This document shows, in pieces, positions 27,054 through 40,048 of a DNA stretch of 64,000 nucleotides. The first letter of the stretch is position 1. Every line of letters begins with the position of its first letter. The notes below the pieces were generated by a model. It was not told the DNA's origin and did not search any database. It saw only the letters and a program-made list of their open reading frames with translations. The position numbers and the translations under genes are program-made. Source of the DNA: Amphiscolops sp. MND2022 (Eukaryota); assembly GCA_964187785.1 (NCBI GenBank), contig OZ076409.1:72108001-72172000 (forward strand). Direction: 5' to 3'.

Positions 27054-29038
27054 GTGGGCGGGGGTAATTCCCCAACAAAAATTACGGCCGGCGGGTTGGG
27101 TCCTGCCGGACGTCAAATAGCAAAGAATATCTAGTAGGAAACGGCGACACAGAATCGCGATTTTTAAATCTAACCACAATTTTTTGGACTTGGAGTGCAT
27201 GCGGCCCTGAAATGCCTATACGAATCGAAGTTCCTGCTGACGTTAAGCGATTGAAATAATATATAAAAAGTTATGGCCCATTTTTCACTCACATAGAAGG
27301 GCAAAATGAGGAAAATTTTTACAAAGTCGCTGATAACTCAAAATGTGGTAATTTTTGGACTTTGACTGTGAAACAAGCTTGGAACCTTCATTTCGTGGCT
27401 GTGGCATTGCATTGAACACAAAAGATGTAAAGTTTTTACATTTTTTGAAAATTTGACATTTTTGAAATTTTTTCCACTACTATCAGTACCCCATATGTCA
27501 AAAACGCCTCAGAAAAAAATTTTTATTTGCTTTAAATTGGAAACCTTGGTTTCCATGGTTTCTGTCGGAACCTACTCGCAGCCAAACACTCAACAGTTTG
27601 CATCCAATTTGAAAATAAAATTTTTTTTCGGGGTCATAAGCGTTTCACAAGGATTTCTCAACTTAGTATTAATTTACAAAATGGTCATTTTGAACACAAT
27701 ATTTTCATCGAGGCTTGTCGGCTATAGCCCTAATATTCTAGAACGGTCCCACTGGCAACGTAGGAACCATTTATAGTAATAGAAAGTATTTAAAAAATAT
27801 TTTCACCCGGTCTTCAGTCATTTTTCAGTCATTCGGAACTTAACTTAGAAAAATTTCGACCAAAATACCCATTTTTTGTCAGGTCGAAAATTCAAAATCA
27901 GATTTTTAAGCAAAATTATTAACTCTGACGTAACCCATGTGGCCCATGATACTCAAAACAACGATTGACACTGGTATCAATGGCTCCAATAACATATGAG
28001 TCGCGATAAGACGTTATTTTGAGCAATACGTCTCAATTGAGGTAAAGATCTCGCAAGCCAGTGATCACTGTGAAATGTGATTTCATAAAAAATTCACTCA
28101 TTTTTGTCAATCACTATGTGCACAGAGTGCGTAGGGTGCGTTTCAGCACTATAATGAGGTTTTTGAAGGCATCGAGTTGCTCAAAGGATGGTATGAGGCA
28201 TTTTTGTCCCATATACTACTGTATTTTCCAAAATTTTTAGCCCAATATCTGGAAATACAAACTTGACAAAATACTTTCAACTACTTTATTCAAAGGTTAC
28301 AATATAGATGAACACTGTGGTTGATCAGAAACTTTCATCTCTTTCGTTTTCCGAAATATTTCCCTTCGCATGTGTTACATTTGTAGCAGAAAAAAAATCG
28401 AAACTAAAAAATACGCTATTTTGCTAATATGGAATCGCAATGATTGTGCCTAAAAACTTTTTAAATACTTCTAACGCAACTGTACAGACCCAAAATGATT
28501 GAAAATGCCATTCACAATGCTGACATGTGCTCTTTCTACGATCCTAACTGGACAAGTTTTGCATATTTTTCAAGTACCTGTTAACTGAATCTCGTGATAG
28601 CCTTTTAAGTTGGCCTTGTGTCAACTTGGGAAGGCTATCACATCAAAAAATTTTCAACAAAAATACCTTTTGTTTATTGGAAATGACAGTCGATATATAA
28701 TTTCGTGATTCTATACTACCGTTAGTACCTTCCATTAAGTCACCTGACGATTGCATTCAGTCTTTGATAAATACCTATGAACTCGAAGTCATATTTATAA
28801 TTTTTGTGCTAAAAATAAACATCAAAATTATCCAATTTATTTAAAATTGAGTCTTTACCGTTTTTGTTTTACTTTTTCTACTGTTATTAGGCCCATCAAC
28901 TTCCTACAGCCACGCTCTCTGTCATACCGTACAACGCCACATAGTGTTGCGACGTGCACGGTCTGTGGGCATGCCGAGGCATGCCCTTCGACGACGTATG
29001 CCGAATACCGCGGGCCTACGCCCGCGCTCCCCGGCTAG
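27054..29038 (+). mobile_element. S-class module (1985 bp)
   Basis: GTGG start, S-type tail + CTAG. Confidence 0.65.
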
Positions 29039-32000
29039 GTGGTCAGTGCTGTTGCGTTCATTTTTTTCCGGCCGTGGGGGAGGGCCCCTCTGAGGCCGGT
29101 CATTTTTCAGGTAACAGCTTTCTTATACAAAAAAGCGGGAAAAAACCTCAGTGCTCAAATCCCAACCGTCAGAATGAGCTGAAATTTGGCATGTAGCTAG
29201 TGCATTGCAAATGATTAGGATGGGTTATAACGCTATGTTTGGCAAAATTGGTTTTGTTGCATTTTTTTTGTCATATAGGGCCAAAAATGGCCTTTTTTGC
29301 GTAATTTTTGCTTGACTAGCTAATAACTCGCGTTCGGTTGGTACTAGCGATACGGGTGTGGGGTATGGAATTGTAAGAATACCAAGTACCTTGCTGATCA
29401 CGTTATTTGATTTCCGCCCACATCACCCCCCACGCCGGAAATGCCCAATTTGTCACTTCCGGTCGCAATTTTTGACATTTTTGGATGGAGTCAAAACCCA
29501 TTTCCGGTGTGAAGGAGTGGGTTGAGCGCTTCGACCCCAATATACTAAAAGTAGGTTTAGACAAAGTCCTATTAGGAAAAAAGTAATGTAAGCCCGTACC
29601 TATCACCCCCTCACCGGAAATAGGGGTCACGCCTCCTTTTTCTGTGTTGCAAAAGTGACATGTGCACATTTGTCCAACTCCGAAGCCCCGGAGCACTGTG
29701 GGACCCTTATACTTTCTAAGCACCTATCCCACACGCTACCGGAAGTGACCGGAAGTTTCACCGGAAATGACATCCTTGGACCGGAAATGGTCAAAAAAGG
29801 ACTTTTTCAATAAAAAATAGACACTTTTGGTGCAATTTTTAGGCAAAAAGCATAATTCGTGGTACGCTTGTTGCAGTTGAAAGGGCCATTGTTCAGCAAG
29901 AATGCATACAGCATTACGTAGCACATCAAGTGGTTGATAATTTTTCGTCCATAATATCCATAGGACCGGAAATGGCCATTTTTGAATCGGAAATTTCTTC
30001 AGCTTGATTTTTAACAAGTTTTTCCACAATATTAGTGTAGGAATTGCTCGTCGGATGCTTTAGGTCTATTTCAAAACTAGCTGACTGCTCCCTAGAAATG
30101 TATTTCAGAAATCCCAACCAATTCCAGATTACCGGAAATGGGAGTAATTGCCTCCTTTATGACCTTTGAATGATAAATTGTTAAAATCCGCAAATTATTT
30201 TATTCCACAACTGTTGCTCAGGTTATATCTAAGCAATAACATCTGCTTGTTTTGAAATGCTGTATTGTGGGAGATACAAATATTGCTTTTTAATAGTAAT
30301 ACATACGTGATATTCGCCGCAATAAAGATTTTTCAAATCAACCATTTTGAAGTCCTACTGGTGTTCCGCACACCCGAAATAATTTAAGTTTCTAGTTTCA
30401 ATTTTCAGGCTTCCGCGACTATTGAGTTGAGATGATAGTTTTCACGTTCTCTGCAAAACGGGCATTTCATTGTGTATGTGACATTTATTGGGTTGTTTCA
30501 CATGGTAATTCAAAACTAATTGATCATACAATTTAGAACAATTGAAAATTTTCAATTGAACAATAAATGTTTTAATAATTTCTCTTTCGTTAAAGATACT
30601 CTTTTGTGGCCATTAGAACAGGTTGAATTGGTTGAATAAGTAACCAGTGCGATACATCGTTTAATACATAGCGTTTGACATCGTTTTCTTGCGAACAAAG
30701 ACAAGCATGATTTGTTGGAAGTTTTTACCATATCGCTTCAAATCGGTCGTGACAAACAATGAATTTCTCGTTTTAATTGCTACTTCGAAAGCAGCCTGAA
30801 AACGCAAATCGATCTATTGAGTTATGGAGATGCAACTAAGCATTTCAAGTCTGGGTTTCAATTTAATTCTATCACTCCGGACTATTTTTATGTCGCAAAA
30901 GTGATAAAGGGTGTTAGCAAGGTTAAAAACATCGAACAATTTTAAAAATAATGCCTCCGGAAAGGGAAGAAAAATGAGTTTTCCTGTCAAAACAATGATA
31001 ACCACGTACGAAACATCAAGTATTTGTATTGTTCAATAGTCCAAAACATGAATGAAGTTTTTAAATATCCAAGAGTTTCTAATCAAGCATGCGTTTCAAA
31101 TGTCTCACAGGGCAGCATCGTTTTCAAAAAACAGTGCTTTCAATGTGGTTTCATACCAGCAAAACGAACGCAGGCACAACCACATTCTCAAAATTCTTGC
31201 ACAACAACCAATTTCTTCGAAAATCCTATTTGATTCCTCAAGATATATGGTGAGAACCCTGTTGGGTTCCAAAGTTGATGTGCTGTTTTCTTGGGTTTGC
31301 GAGATAAGTTACAACGGAAATCTGAAAGCAGGTCGTCTCAATAAAATACCTGTTGCTCTTTAAACTATTGGACTTAAGTAGTCGAAATTTATTCTCAGAC
31401 ACTTTCGATCAGAAAATGTTTGAGTCCTAACGTTCGAATCAGGTTGGTTTCAGGTGGCTCGAAGTGCCAGCTGAACCAACCTTTCAAATAAAGAAAAACC
31501 CCACACCTCCCTTCATGCCACGCTACCCCGTATAGCGTTTCAACTTGACAGAAATTGGAACGTTTGATTTTGGCGTCGCTTGGGATTGACACACCAGTGT
31601 TGATACTAAATTTGGCAAAGAGAAATCGCAGAAATGATTGTTTCTGTTTTTCCCTTTGATTTAGTGTGTCGAGCGTACAAAGCAGTTTGGGAAACTAACT
31701 GGCATTTCCACTGAACGAAAAGCAAAAGTATTAACATTGAAAACTTCCGGAAGAAATTTATTCAGGTTTCCGTATTTGTGAGATCAGCTGCCACTCAGTT
31801 ATCAGTTACATCTTTCAAATTTTTAAGAACAACTAATCTAACTTTGCTCGACTCTCTTGGATAAAGCAACAATAGTTTACTAATCTGTACTCGTGGAAAA
31901 AAGTCAACTGCCGGGTCAAAAACAATCTGTATGTAACTTTTCTCTCGTGCAAAGTTAATTTTTACCCCCTCTGACTCAACTATAGCATGTACGTAATGAA

Positions 32001-32110
32001 ACCAATAACACCTTCAACTGTTAATCAACGCCCACCGTCCGTAGGCATGCCGAGGCATGCCTTTCGACGACGCGCGCCAAAAACAATATAACGGCGCCAC
32101 CCGCTTCTGG
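29039..32110 (+). mobile_element. Singleton module X (3072 bp)
   Basis: Starts GTGGTCAG directly after CTAG. The body is not alignable by eye to L or S. Ends with the variant box AGGCATGCC-GA-GGCATGCCT (32043-32062) and CTGG. Confidence 0.65.
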
Positions 32111-34095
32111 GTGGGCGGGGGTAATTCCCCTTCAAAAAATTCGGCCGGCGGGTTGGGTCCTGCCGGACGTCAAATAGTGTGAAACATCCAGTAGGAAACG
32201 GCGACATAAATCAGCGATTTTAAAATTTAACCGTTAGAATTCGGACTTGGAGTGCATGCGGCCCCAAAATGCCCATACGAATTGAAGTTCCTGCTGACGT
32301 TAAGCGATAAAAACATTTTATAAAAAGTTATGGCCCATTTTACGTTCACCTATAAGGGTAAAATGAGGAAAATTTTTACAAAGTCGCTGATAACTCAAAA
32401 GACATTATTTTTTGGACTTTGACTGTGAAACAAGCTTAGAACCTTCATTTCGTGGCTGTGGCATTGCACTGAACACAAAAGATGTAAAGTTTTTACATTT
32501 TTCGAAAATTCGACATTTTTGATTTTTTTTCACTACTATCAGTACACTATATGTCAAAAACACCTCTGAAAAAAATTATTATTTGCTTAAAACTGGAAAC
32601 CTTGGTATCCATGGTTTCTGTCGGAACCTACTCGCTGCCAAACACCCAACAGTTTGCATCCAATGTGAATTTAAAAATTTTTTCGAGGTCATAAGGGTTT
32701 CACAAGGTTTTCATAACTTAGTATTAAACTACAAACTGGTCATTTTCAACATAATATCTTTGTCGAGGAATGTCGGATATAGTCCTATTGCTCACGAACG
32801 GTCCTACTGGCAACGTAATAACCATTTATAGAAATGTAAAGTTATAAAAAAAATTTTCACCCGGTCTTCAGTCATTTTTCAGTCATTCGGAACTTAACTT
32901 AGAAAAATTTCGACCAAAATATCCATTTTTTGTCAGGTCGAAAAATCAAATTCAGATTTTTAAGCAAAATTATTAACTCTGACGTAACCCATCGGGCCCA
33001 TGATACTCAAAACAACGATTGACACTGGTATCAATGGCTCCAATAACATATGAGTCGCGATAAGACGTTATTTTGAGCATTACGTCTCAATTGAGGTAAA
33101 GATCTCGCAAGCCAGCGATCACTGTGAAATGTGATTTCATCAAAAATTTACTCTTTTTTGTCAATCACTATGTGCACAGAATGCGTAGGGTGCGTTTCAG
33201 CACTATAATGAGGTTTTTGAAGGCATCGAGTTGCTCAAGGGGTGGTATGAGACATTTTTGTCCCATATACTACTGTATTTTCCAAAACTTTTAGCCTCTT
33301 ATCTGGAAATACAAATTTGACAAAATACTTTCAACTACTTTATTCAGAGGTTACAATATAGATGAAAACTGTGGTTGATCAGAAACTTTCATCTCTTTCG
33401 TTTTCCGAAATATTTCCCTTCGCATGTGTTACATTTGTAGCAGAAAAAAAAATCGAAACTGAAAAATACGCAATTTTGCTAAGATAGAATCGCAATGATT
33501 GTGCCTAAAAACTCTTTAAACACTTCTAATGCAACCTTACGCACCCAAAATGATCGAAAATGCTATTCACAATGGTGACATGTGCTCTTTCAACGATCCT
33601 GACTGAAAAATTTTCGCAAATTATTCAAGTACCTGTTAACTGAATCTCGTGATAGCCTTTTAAGTTGGCCTTGTGTCAACTTGGGAAGGCTATCACATCA
33701 AAAAATTTTCAACAAAAATACTTTTTGTTTATTGGATCTTACAGTCGATACTTTTTTTCGTGATTCTATACTACCGTTAGTATATTTCATCAGGTCACCT
33801 TACGATTGCATTCAGTCTTTGATAAAAACCTATGAACTCAAAGTCACATTTATATATTTTTTTGCCAAAAAAAAACATCAAAAATATCTAAAATATATAA
33901 AATAGAGTCTTTAACTTTTTTACGTTTCAAGTTTCTGCCGTTATTAAGCCAATCAACTTCCTACAGCCACGCTCTCTGTCATACTGTACAACGCCACATA
34001 GTGTTGCGACGTGCACCGTCTGTGGGCATGCCGAGGCATGCCCTTCGACGACGTATGCCGAATACCGCGGGCCTACGCCCGCGCTCCCCGGCTAG
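32111..34095 (+). mobile_element. S-class module (1985 bp)
   Basis: GTGG start (same 5' variant as 2049), S-type tail + CTAG. Confidence 0.65.
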
Positions 34096-36079
34096 GTGGG
34101 CGGGGGTAATTCCCCAACAAAAATTACGGCCGGCGGGTTGGGTCCTGCCGGACGTCAAATAGCAAAGAATATCTAGTAGGAAACGGCGACACAGAATCGC
34201 GATTTTTAAATCTAACCACAATTTTTTGGACTTGGAGTGCATGCGGCCCTGAAATGCCCATACGAATCGAAGTTCCTGCTGACGTTAAGCGATTGAAATA
34301 ATATATAAAAAGTTATGGCCCATTTTTCACTCACATAGAAGGGTAAAATGAGGAAATTTTTAACAAAGTCGTTGATAACTCAAAATGTGTTAATTTTTGG
34401 ACATTGACTGTGAAACAAGCTTGGAACCTTCATTTCGTGGCTGTGGCATTGCACTGAACACAAAACATGTAAAGTTTTTACATTTTTTGAAAATTCGACA
34501 TTTTTGAAATTTTTTTCACTACTATCAGTACCCCATATGTCAAAAACGCCTCAGAAAATAATTTTTATTTGCTTTAAATTGGAAACCTTGGTATCCATGG
34601 TTTCTGTCGGAACCTACTCGCAGCCAAACACCCAACAGTTTGCATCCAATGTGAAAATAAAAATTTTTTCGGGGTCATAAGCGTTTCACAAGGATTTCTC
34701 AACTTAGTATTAATTTACAAAATGGTCATTTTGAACACAATATTTTCATCGAGGCTTGTCGGCTATAGCCTTAATGTTCTAGAACGGTCCCACTGGCAAC
34801 GTAGGAACCATTTATAGTAATAGCAAGTTTTAAAAAAATATTTTCACCCGGTCTTCAGTCATTTTTCAGTCATTCGGAACTTAACTTAGAAAAATTTCGA
34901 CCAAAATACCCATTTTTTGTCAGGTCGAAAAATCAAATTCACATTTTTAAGCAAAATTATTAACTCTGACGTAACCCATGGGGCCCATAATACTCAAAAC
35001 AACGATTGACACTGGTATCAATGGCTCCAATAACATATGAGTCGCGATAAGACGTTATTTTGAGCAATACGTCTCAATTGAGGTAAAGATCTCGCAAGCC
35101 AGCGATCACTGCGAAATGTGATTTCATCAAAAATTTACTCATTTTTGTCAATCACTATGTGCAGAGAATAAGTAGGGTGCGTTTCAGCACTATAATGAGG
35201 TTTTTGAAGGCATCGAGTTGCTCAAGGGGTGGTATGAGACATTTTTGTCCCATATACTACTGTATTTTCCAAAATTTTTAGCCCTATATCTGGAAATACA
35301 AACTTGACAAAAAACTTTCAAATACTTTATTCAAAGGTTACAATATAGATGAACACTGTGGTTGATCAGAAACTTTCATCTCTTTCGTTTTCCGAAATAT
35401 TTCCCTTCGCATGTGTTACATTTGTAGCAGAAAAAAAATCGATACTGAAAAATACGCTATTTTGCTAATATAGAATCGCAATGATTGTGCCTAAAAACTA
35501 TTTAAACACTTCTAACGCAACCTTACGCACCCAAAATGATCGAAAATGCTATTCACAATGGTGACATGTGCTCTTTCAACGATCCTGGTTGAACAATTTT
35601 CGCAAATTATTCAAGTACCTGTTAACAGAATCTCGTGATAGCCTTTTAAGTTGGCCTTGTGTCAACTTGGGAAGGCTATCACATCAAAAAATTTGCAACA
35701 AAAATACATTTTGTTTATTGGAAATGACAGTCGATGTATAATTTTGTGATTCTATACTACCGTTAGTACCTTCCATTAAGTCACCTGACGATTGCATTCA
35801 GTCTTTGATAAATACCTATGAACTCGAAGTCATATTTATAAATTTTGTGCTAAAAATAAACATAAAAATTATCCAAATTATTTAAAATTGAGTCTTTACC
35901 GTTTTTGTTTTTCTTTTTCTACTGTTATTAGGCCCATCAACTTCCTACAGCCACGCTCTCAGTCATACCGTACAACGCCACATAGTGTTGCGACGTGCAC
36001 AGTCTGTGGGCATGCCGAGGCATGCCCTTCGACGACGTATGCCGAATACCGCGGGCCTACGCCCGCGCTCCCCGGCTAG
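34096..36079 (+). mobile_element. S-class module (1984 bp)
   Basis: GTGG start, S-type tail + CTAG. Confidence 0.65.
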
Positions 36080-38065
36080 GTGGGCGGGGGTAATTCCCCA
36101 ACAAAAATTACGGCCGGCGGGTTGGGTCCTGCCGGACGTTCAAATAGCGCGAAGCATCTAGTAGAAAACAAGGAGTCCTGAAACAGCGATTTTAAAATTG
36201 AACCGTTAGAATTTGGTTTTAGATTGCATGCGGCCCTAAAATCCCCATACGAATGGAAGTTCCTGCTGGCGTTAAGCGATTGAAATAATATATAAAAAGT
36301 TATGGCCCATTTTTGGGTCATCGAGAAGGGCAAAATGAGGAAAATTTTAACTAAGTTGCTGATAACTCAAAATGTGTTAATTTTTGGACTTTGACTGTGA
36401 AACAAGCTCGGAACCTTCATTTCGTGGCTGTGGCATTGCACTGAACACAAAAGATGTAAAGTCTGTACATTTTTCGAAAATTCGACATTTTTGAATTTTT
36501 TTTCACTAGTATCAGTACCCCAAATGTCAAAAACGCCTCAGAAAATTGTTTTTAGTTGCTTTAAATTGGAAACCTTGGTATCCATGGTTTCTGTCGGAAC
36601 CTACTCGCAGCCAAACACCCAACAGTTTGCATCCAATGTGAAAATAAAAATTTTTTCTGGGTCATAAGCGTTTCACAAGGATTTCTCAACTTAGTATTAA
36701 TTTACAAAATGGTCATTTTGAACACAAAATTTTCATCGAGGCTTGTCGGCTATAGCCTTAATGTTCTAGAACGGTCCCACTGGCAACGTAGGAACCATTT
36801 ATAGTGATAGAAAGTTTTAAAAAAATATTTTCACCCGGTCTTCAGTCATTTTTCAGTCATTCGGAACTTAACTTAGAAAAATTTCGACCAAAATATCCAT
36901 TTTTTGTCAGGTCGAAAAATCAAATTCAGATTTTTAAGCAAAATTATTAACTCTGACGTAACCCATGGGGCCCATGATACTCAAAACAACGATTGACACT
37001 GGTATCAATGGCTCCAATAACATATGAGTCGCGATAAGACGTTATTTTGAGCATTACGTCTCAATTGAGGTAAAGATCTCGCAAGACAGTGATCACTGTG
37101 AAATGTGATTTCATCAAAAATTTACTCTTTTTTGTCAATCACTATGTGTACAGAATGCGTAGGGTGCGTTTCAGCACTATAATGAGGTTTTTGAAGGCAT
37201 CGAGTTGCTCAAGGGGTGGTATGAGACATTTTTGTCCCATATACTACTGTATTTTCCAAAATTTTAGCCCAATATCTGGAAATACAAACTTGACAAAATA
37301 CTTTCAACTACTTTATTCAAAGGTTACAATATAGATGAACACTGTGGTTGATCAGAAACTTTCATCTCTTTCGTTTTCCGAAATATTTCCCTTCGCATGT
37401 GTTACATTCGTAGCAGAAAAAAAAATCGAAACTGAAAAATACGCTTTTTTGCTAATATAGAATCGCAATGATTGTGTCTAAAAACTCTTTAAACACTTCT
37501 AACGCAACCTTACGCACCCAAAATGATCGAAAATGCTATTCACAATGGTGACATGTGCTCTTTCTACGATCCTGGCTGGGCAAGGTTTGCATATTTTTCA
37601 AGTACCTGTCAGCTAAATCTTGTGATAGCCTTTTCAGTTGGCCTTGTGTCAACTTGGGAAGGCTATCACATCAAAAAACCATCAACATAAATAATTTTTG
37701 TTTATTGGATCTTACAGTCGATACTTTTTTCGTGATTCTATACTACCGTTAGTATATTTCATCAGGTCACCTTACGATTGCATTCAGTCTTTGATAAAAA
37801 CCTATGAACTCAAAGTCACATTTATATATTTTTTTGCCAGGAAAAAATCACAAAAAGATCTAAAATATATAAAATAGAGTCTTTAACATTTTTACGTTTC
37901 AAGTTTCTGCCGTTATTAGGCCAATCAACGTCCTAGAGCCACATCCTGTCATACTGTACAACGCCACATAGTGTTGCGACGTGCACAGTCTGTGGGCATG
38001 CCGAGGCATGCCCTTCGACGACGTATGCCGAATACCGCGGGCCTACGCCCGCGCTCCCCGGCTAG
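36080..38065 (+). mobile_element. S-class module (1986 bp), mosaic
   Basis: The 5' ~250 bp is like 18313, while the middle is like 34096/38066. S-type tail + CTAG. Confidence 0.65.
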
Positions 38066-40048
38066 GTGGGCGGGGGTAATTCCCCAACAAAAATTACGGC
38101 CGGCGGGTTGGGTCCTGCCGGACGTCAAATAGCAAAGAATATCTAGTAGGAAACGGCGACACAGAATCGCGATTTTTAAATCTAACCACAATTTTTTGGA
38201 CTTGGAGTGCATGCGGCCCTGAAATGCCCATACGAATCGAAGTTCCTGCTGACGTTAAGCGATTGAAATAATATATAAAAAGTTATGGCCCATTTTTCAC
38301 TCACATAGAAGGGTAAAATGAGGAAATTTTTAACAAAGTCGCTGATATCTCAAAATGTGTTAATTTTTGGACATTGACTGTGAAACAAGCTCGGAACCTT
38401 CATTTCGTGGCTGTGGCATTGCACTGAACACAAAAGATGTAAAGTTTTTACATTTTTTGAAAATTCGAAATTTTTGAAATTTTTTTCACTACTATCAGTA
38501 CCCCATATGTCAAAAACGCCTCAGAAAAAATTTTTTATTTGCTTTAAATTGGAAACCTTGGCATCCATGGTTTCTGTCGGAACCTACTCGCAGCCAAACA
38601 CCCAACAGTTTGCATCCAATGTGAAAATAAAATTTTTTTCTGGGTCATAAGCGTTTCACAAGGATTTCTCAACTTAGTATTAATTTACAAAATGGTCATT
38701 TTGAACACAAAATTTTCATCGAGGCTTGTCGGCTATAGCCTTAATGTTCTAGAACGGTCCCACTGGCAACGTAGGAACCATTTATAGTAATAGAAAGTAT
38801 TAAAAAAAATTTTTCACCCGGTCTTCAGTCATTTTTCAGTCATTCGGAACTTAACTTAGAAAAATTTCGACCAAATACCCATTTTTTGTCAGGTCGAAAA
38901 TTCAAATTCAGATTTTTGAGCAAAATTATTAACTCTGACGTAACCCATGGGGCCCATGATACTCAAAACAACGATTGACACTGGTATCAATGGCTCCAAT
39001 AACATATGAGTCGCGATAAGACGTTATTTTGAGCAATACGTCTCAATTGAGGTAAAGATCTCGCAAGCCAGCGATCACTGTGAAATGTGATTTCATTAAA
39101 AATTTACTCATTTTTGTCAATCACTATGTGCACAGAATGCGTAGGGTGCGTTTCAGCACTATAATGAGGTTTTTGAAGGCATCGAGTTGCTCAAGGGGTG
39201 GTATGAGACATTTTTGTCCCATATACTACTGTATTTTCCAAATTTTTTAGCCCAATATCTGGAAATACAAACTTGACAAAATACTTTCAACTACTTTATT
39301 CAAAGGTTACAATATTAATGAACACTGTGGTTGATCAGAAACTTTCATCTCTTTCGTTTTCCGAAATATTTCCCTTCGCATGTGTTACAATTGTAGGAGA
39401 AAAAAAATCGAAACTGAAAAATACGCTATTTTGCTAATATAGAATCGCAATGATTGTGCCTAAAAACTCTTTAAATACTTCTAACGCAACTTTACGGACC
39501 CAAAATGATTGAAAATGCTATTCACAATGGTGACATGTGCTCTTTCTACGATCCTGGCTGGACAAGGTTTGCATATTTTTCAAGTACCTGTCAGCTGAAT
39601 CTTGTGATAGCCTTTTAAGTTGGCCTTGTGTCAACTTGGGAAGGCTATCACATCAAACAACCATCAACAAAAATAATTTTTGTTTATTGGATATTACAGT
39701 TGATACCTTTTTTCGTGATTCTATACTACCGTTAGTATATTCCATGAGGTCACCTTACGATTGCATTCAGACTTTGATATAAACCTATGAACTCAAAGTC
39801 ACATTTATATATTTTTGCCCAAAAAAATCATCAAAAACATCTAAAATATATAAAATAGAGTCTTTAACTTTTTTACGTTTCAAGTTTCTGCCGTTATTAA
39901 GCCAATCAACTTCCTACAGCCACGCTCTCTGTCATACCGTACAACGCCACATAGTGTTGCGACGTGCACGGTCTGTGGGCATGCCGAGGCATGCCCTTCG
40001 ACGACGTATGCCGAATACCGCGGGCCTACGCCCGCGCTCCCCGGCTAG
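38066..40048 (+). mobile_element. S-class module (1983 bp)
   Basis: GTGG start, S-type tail + CTAG. Confidence 0.65.
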
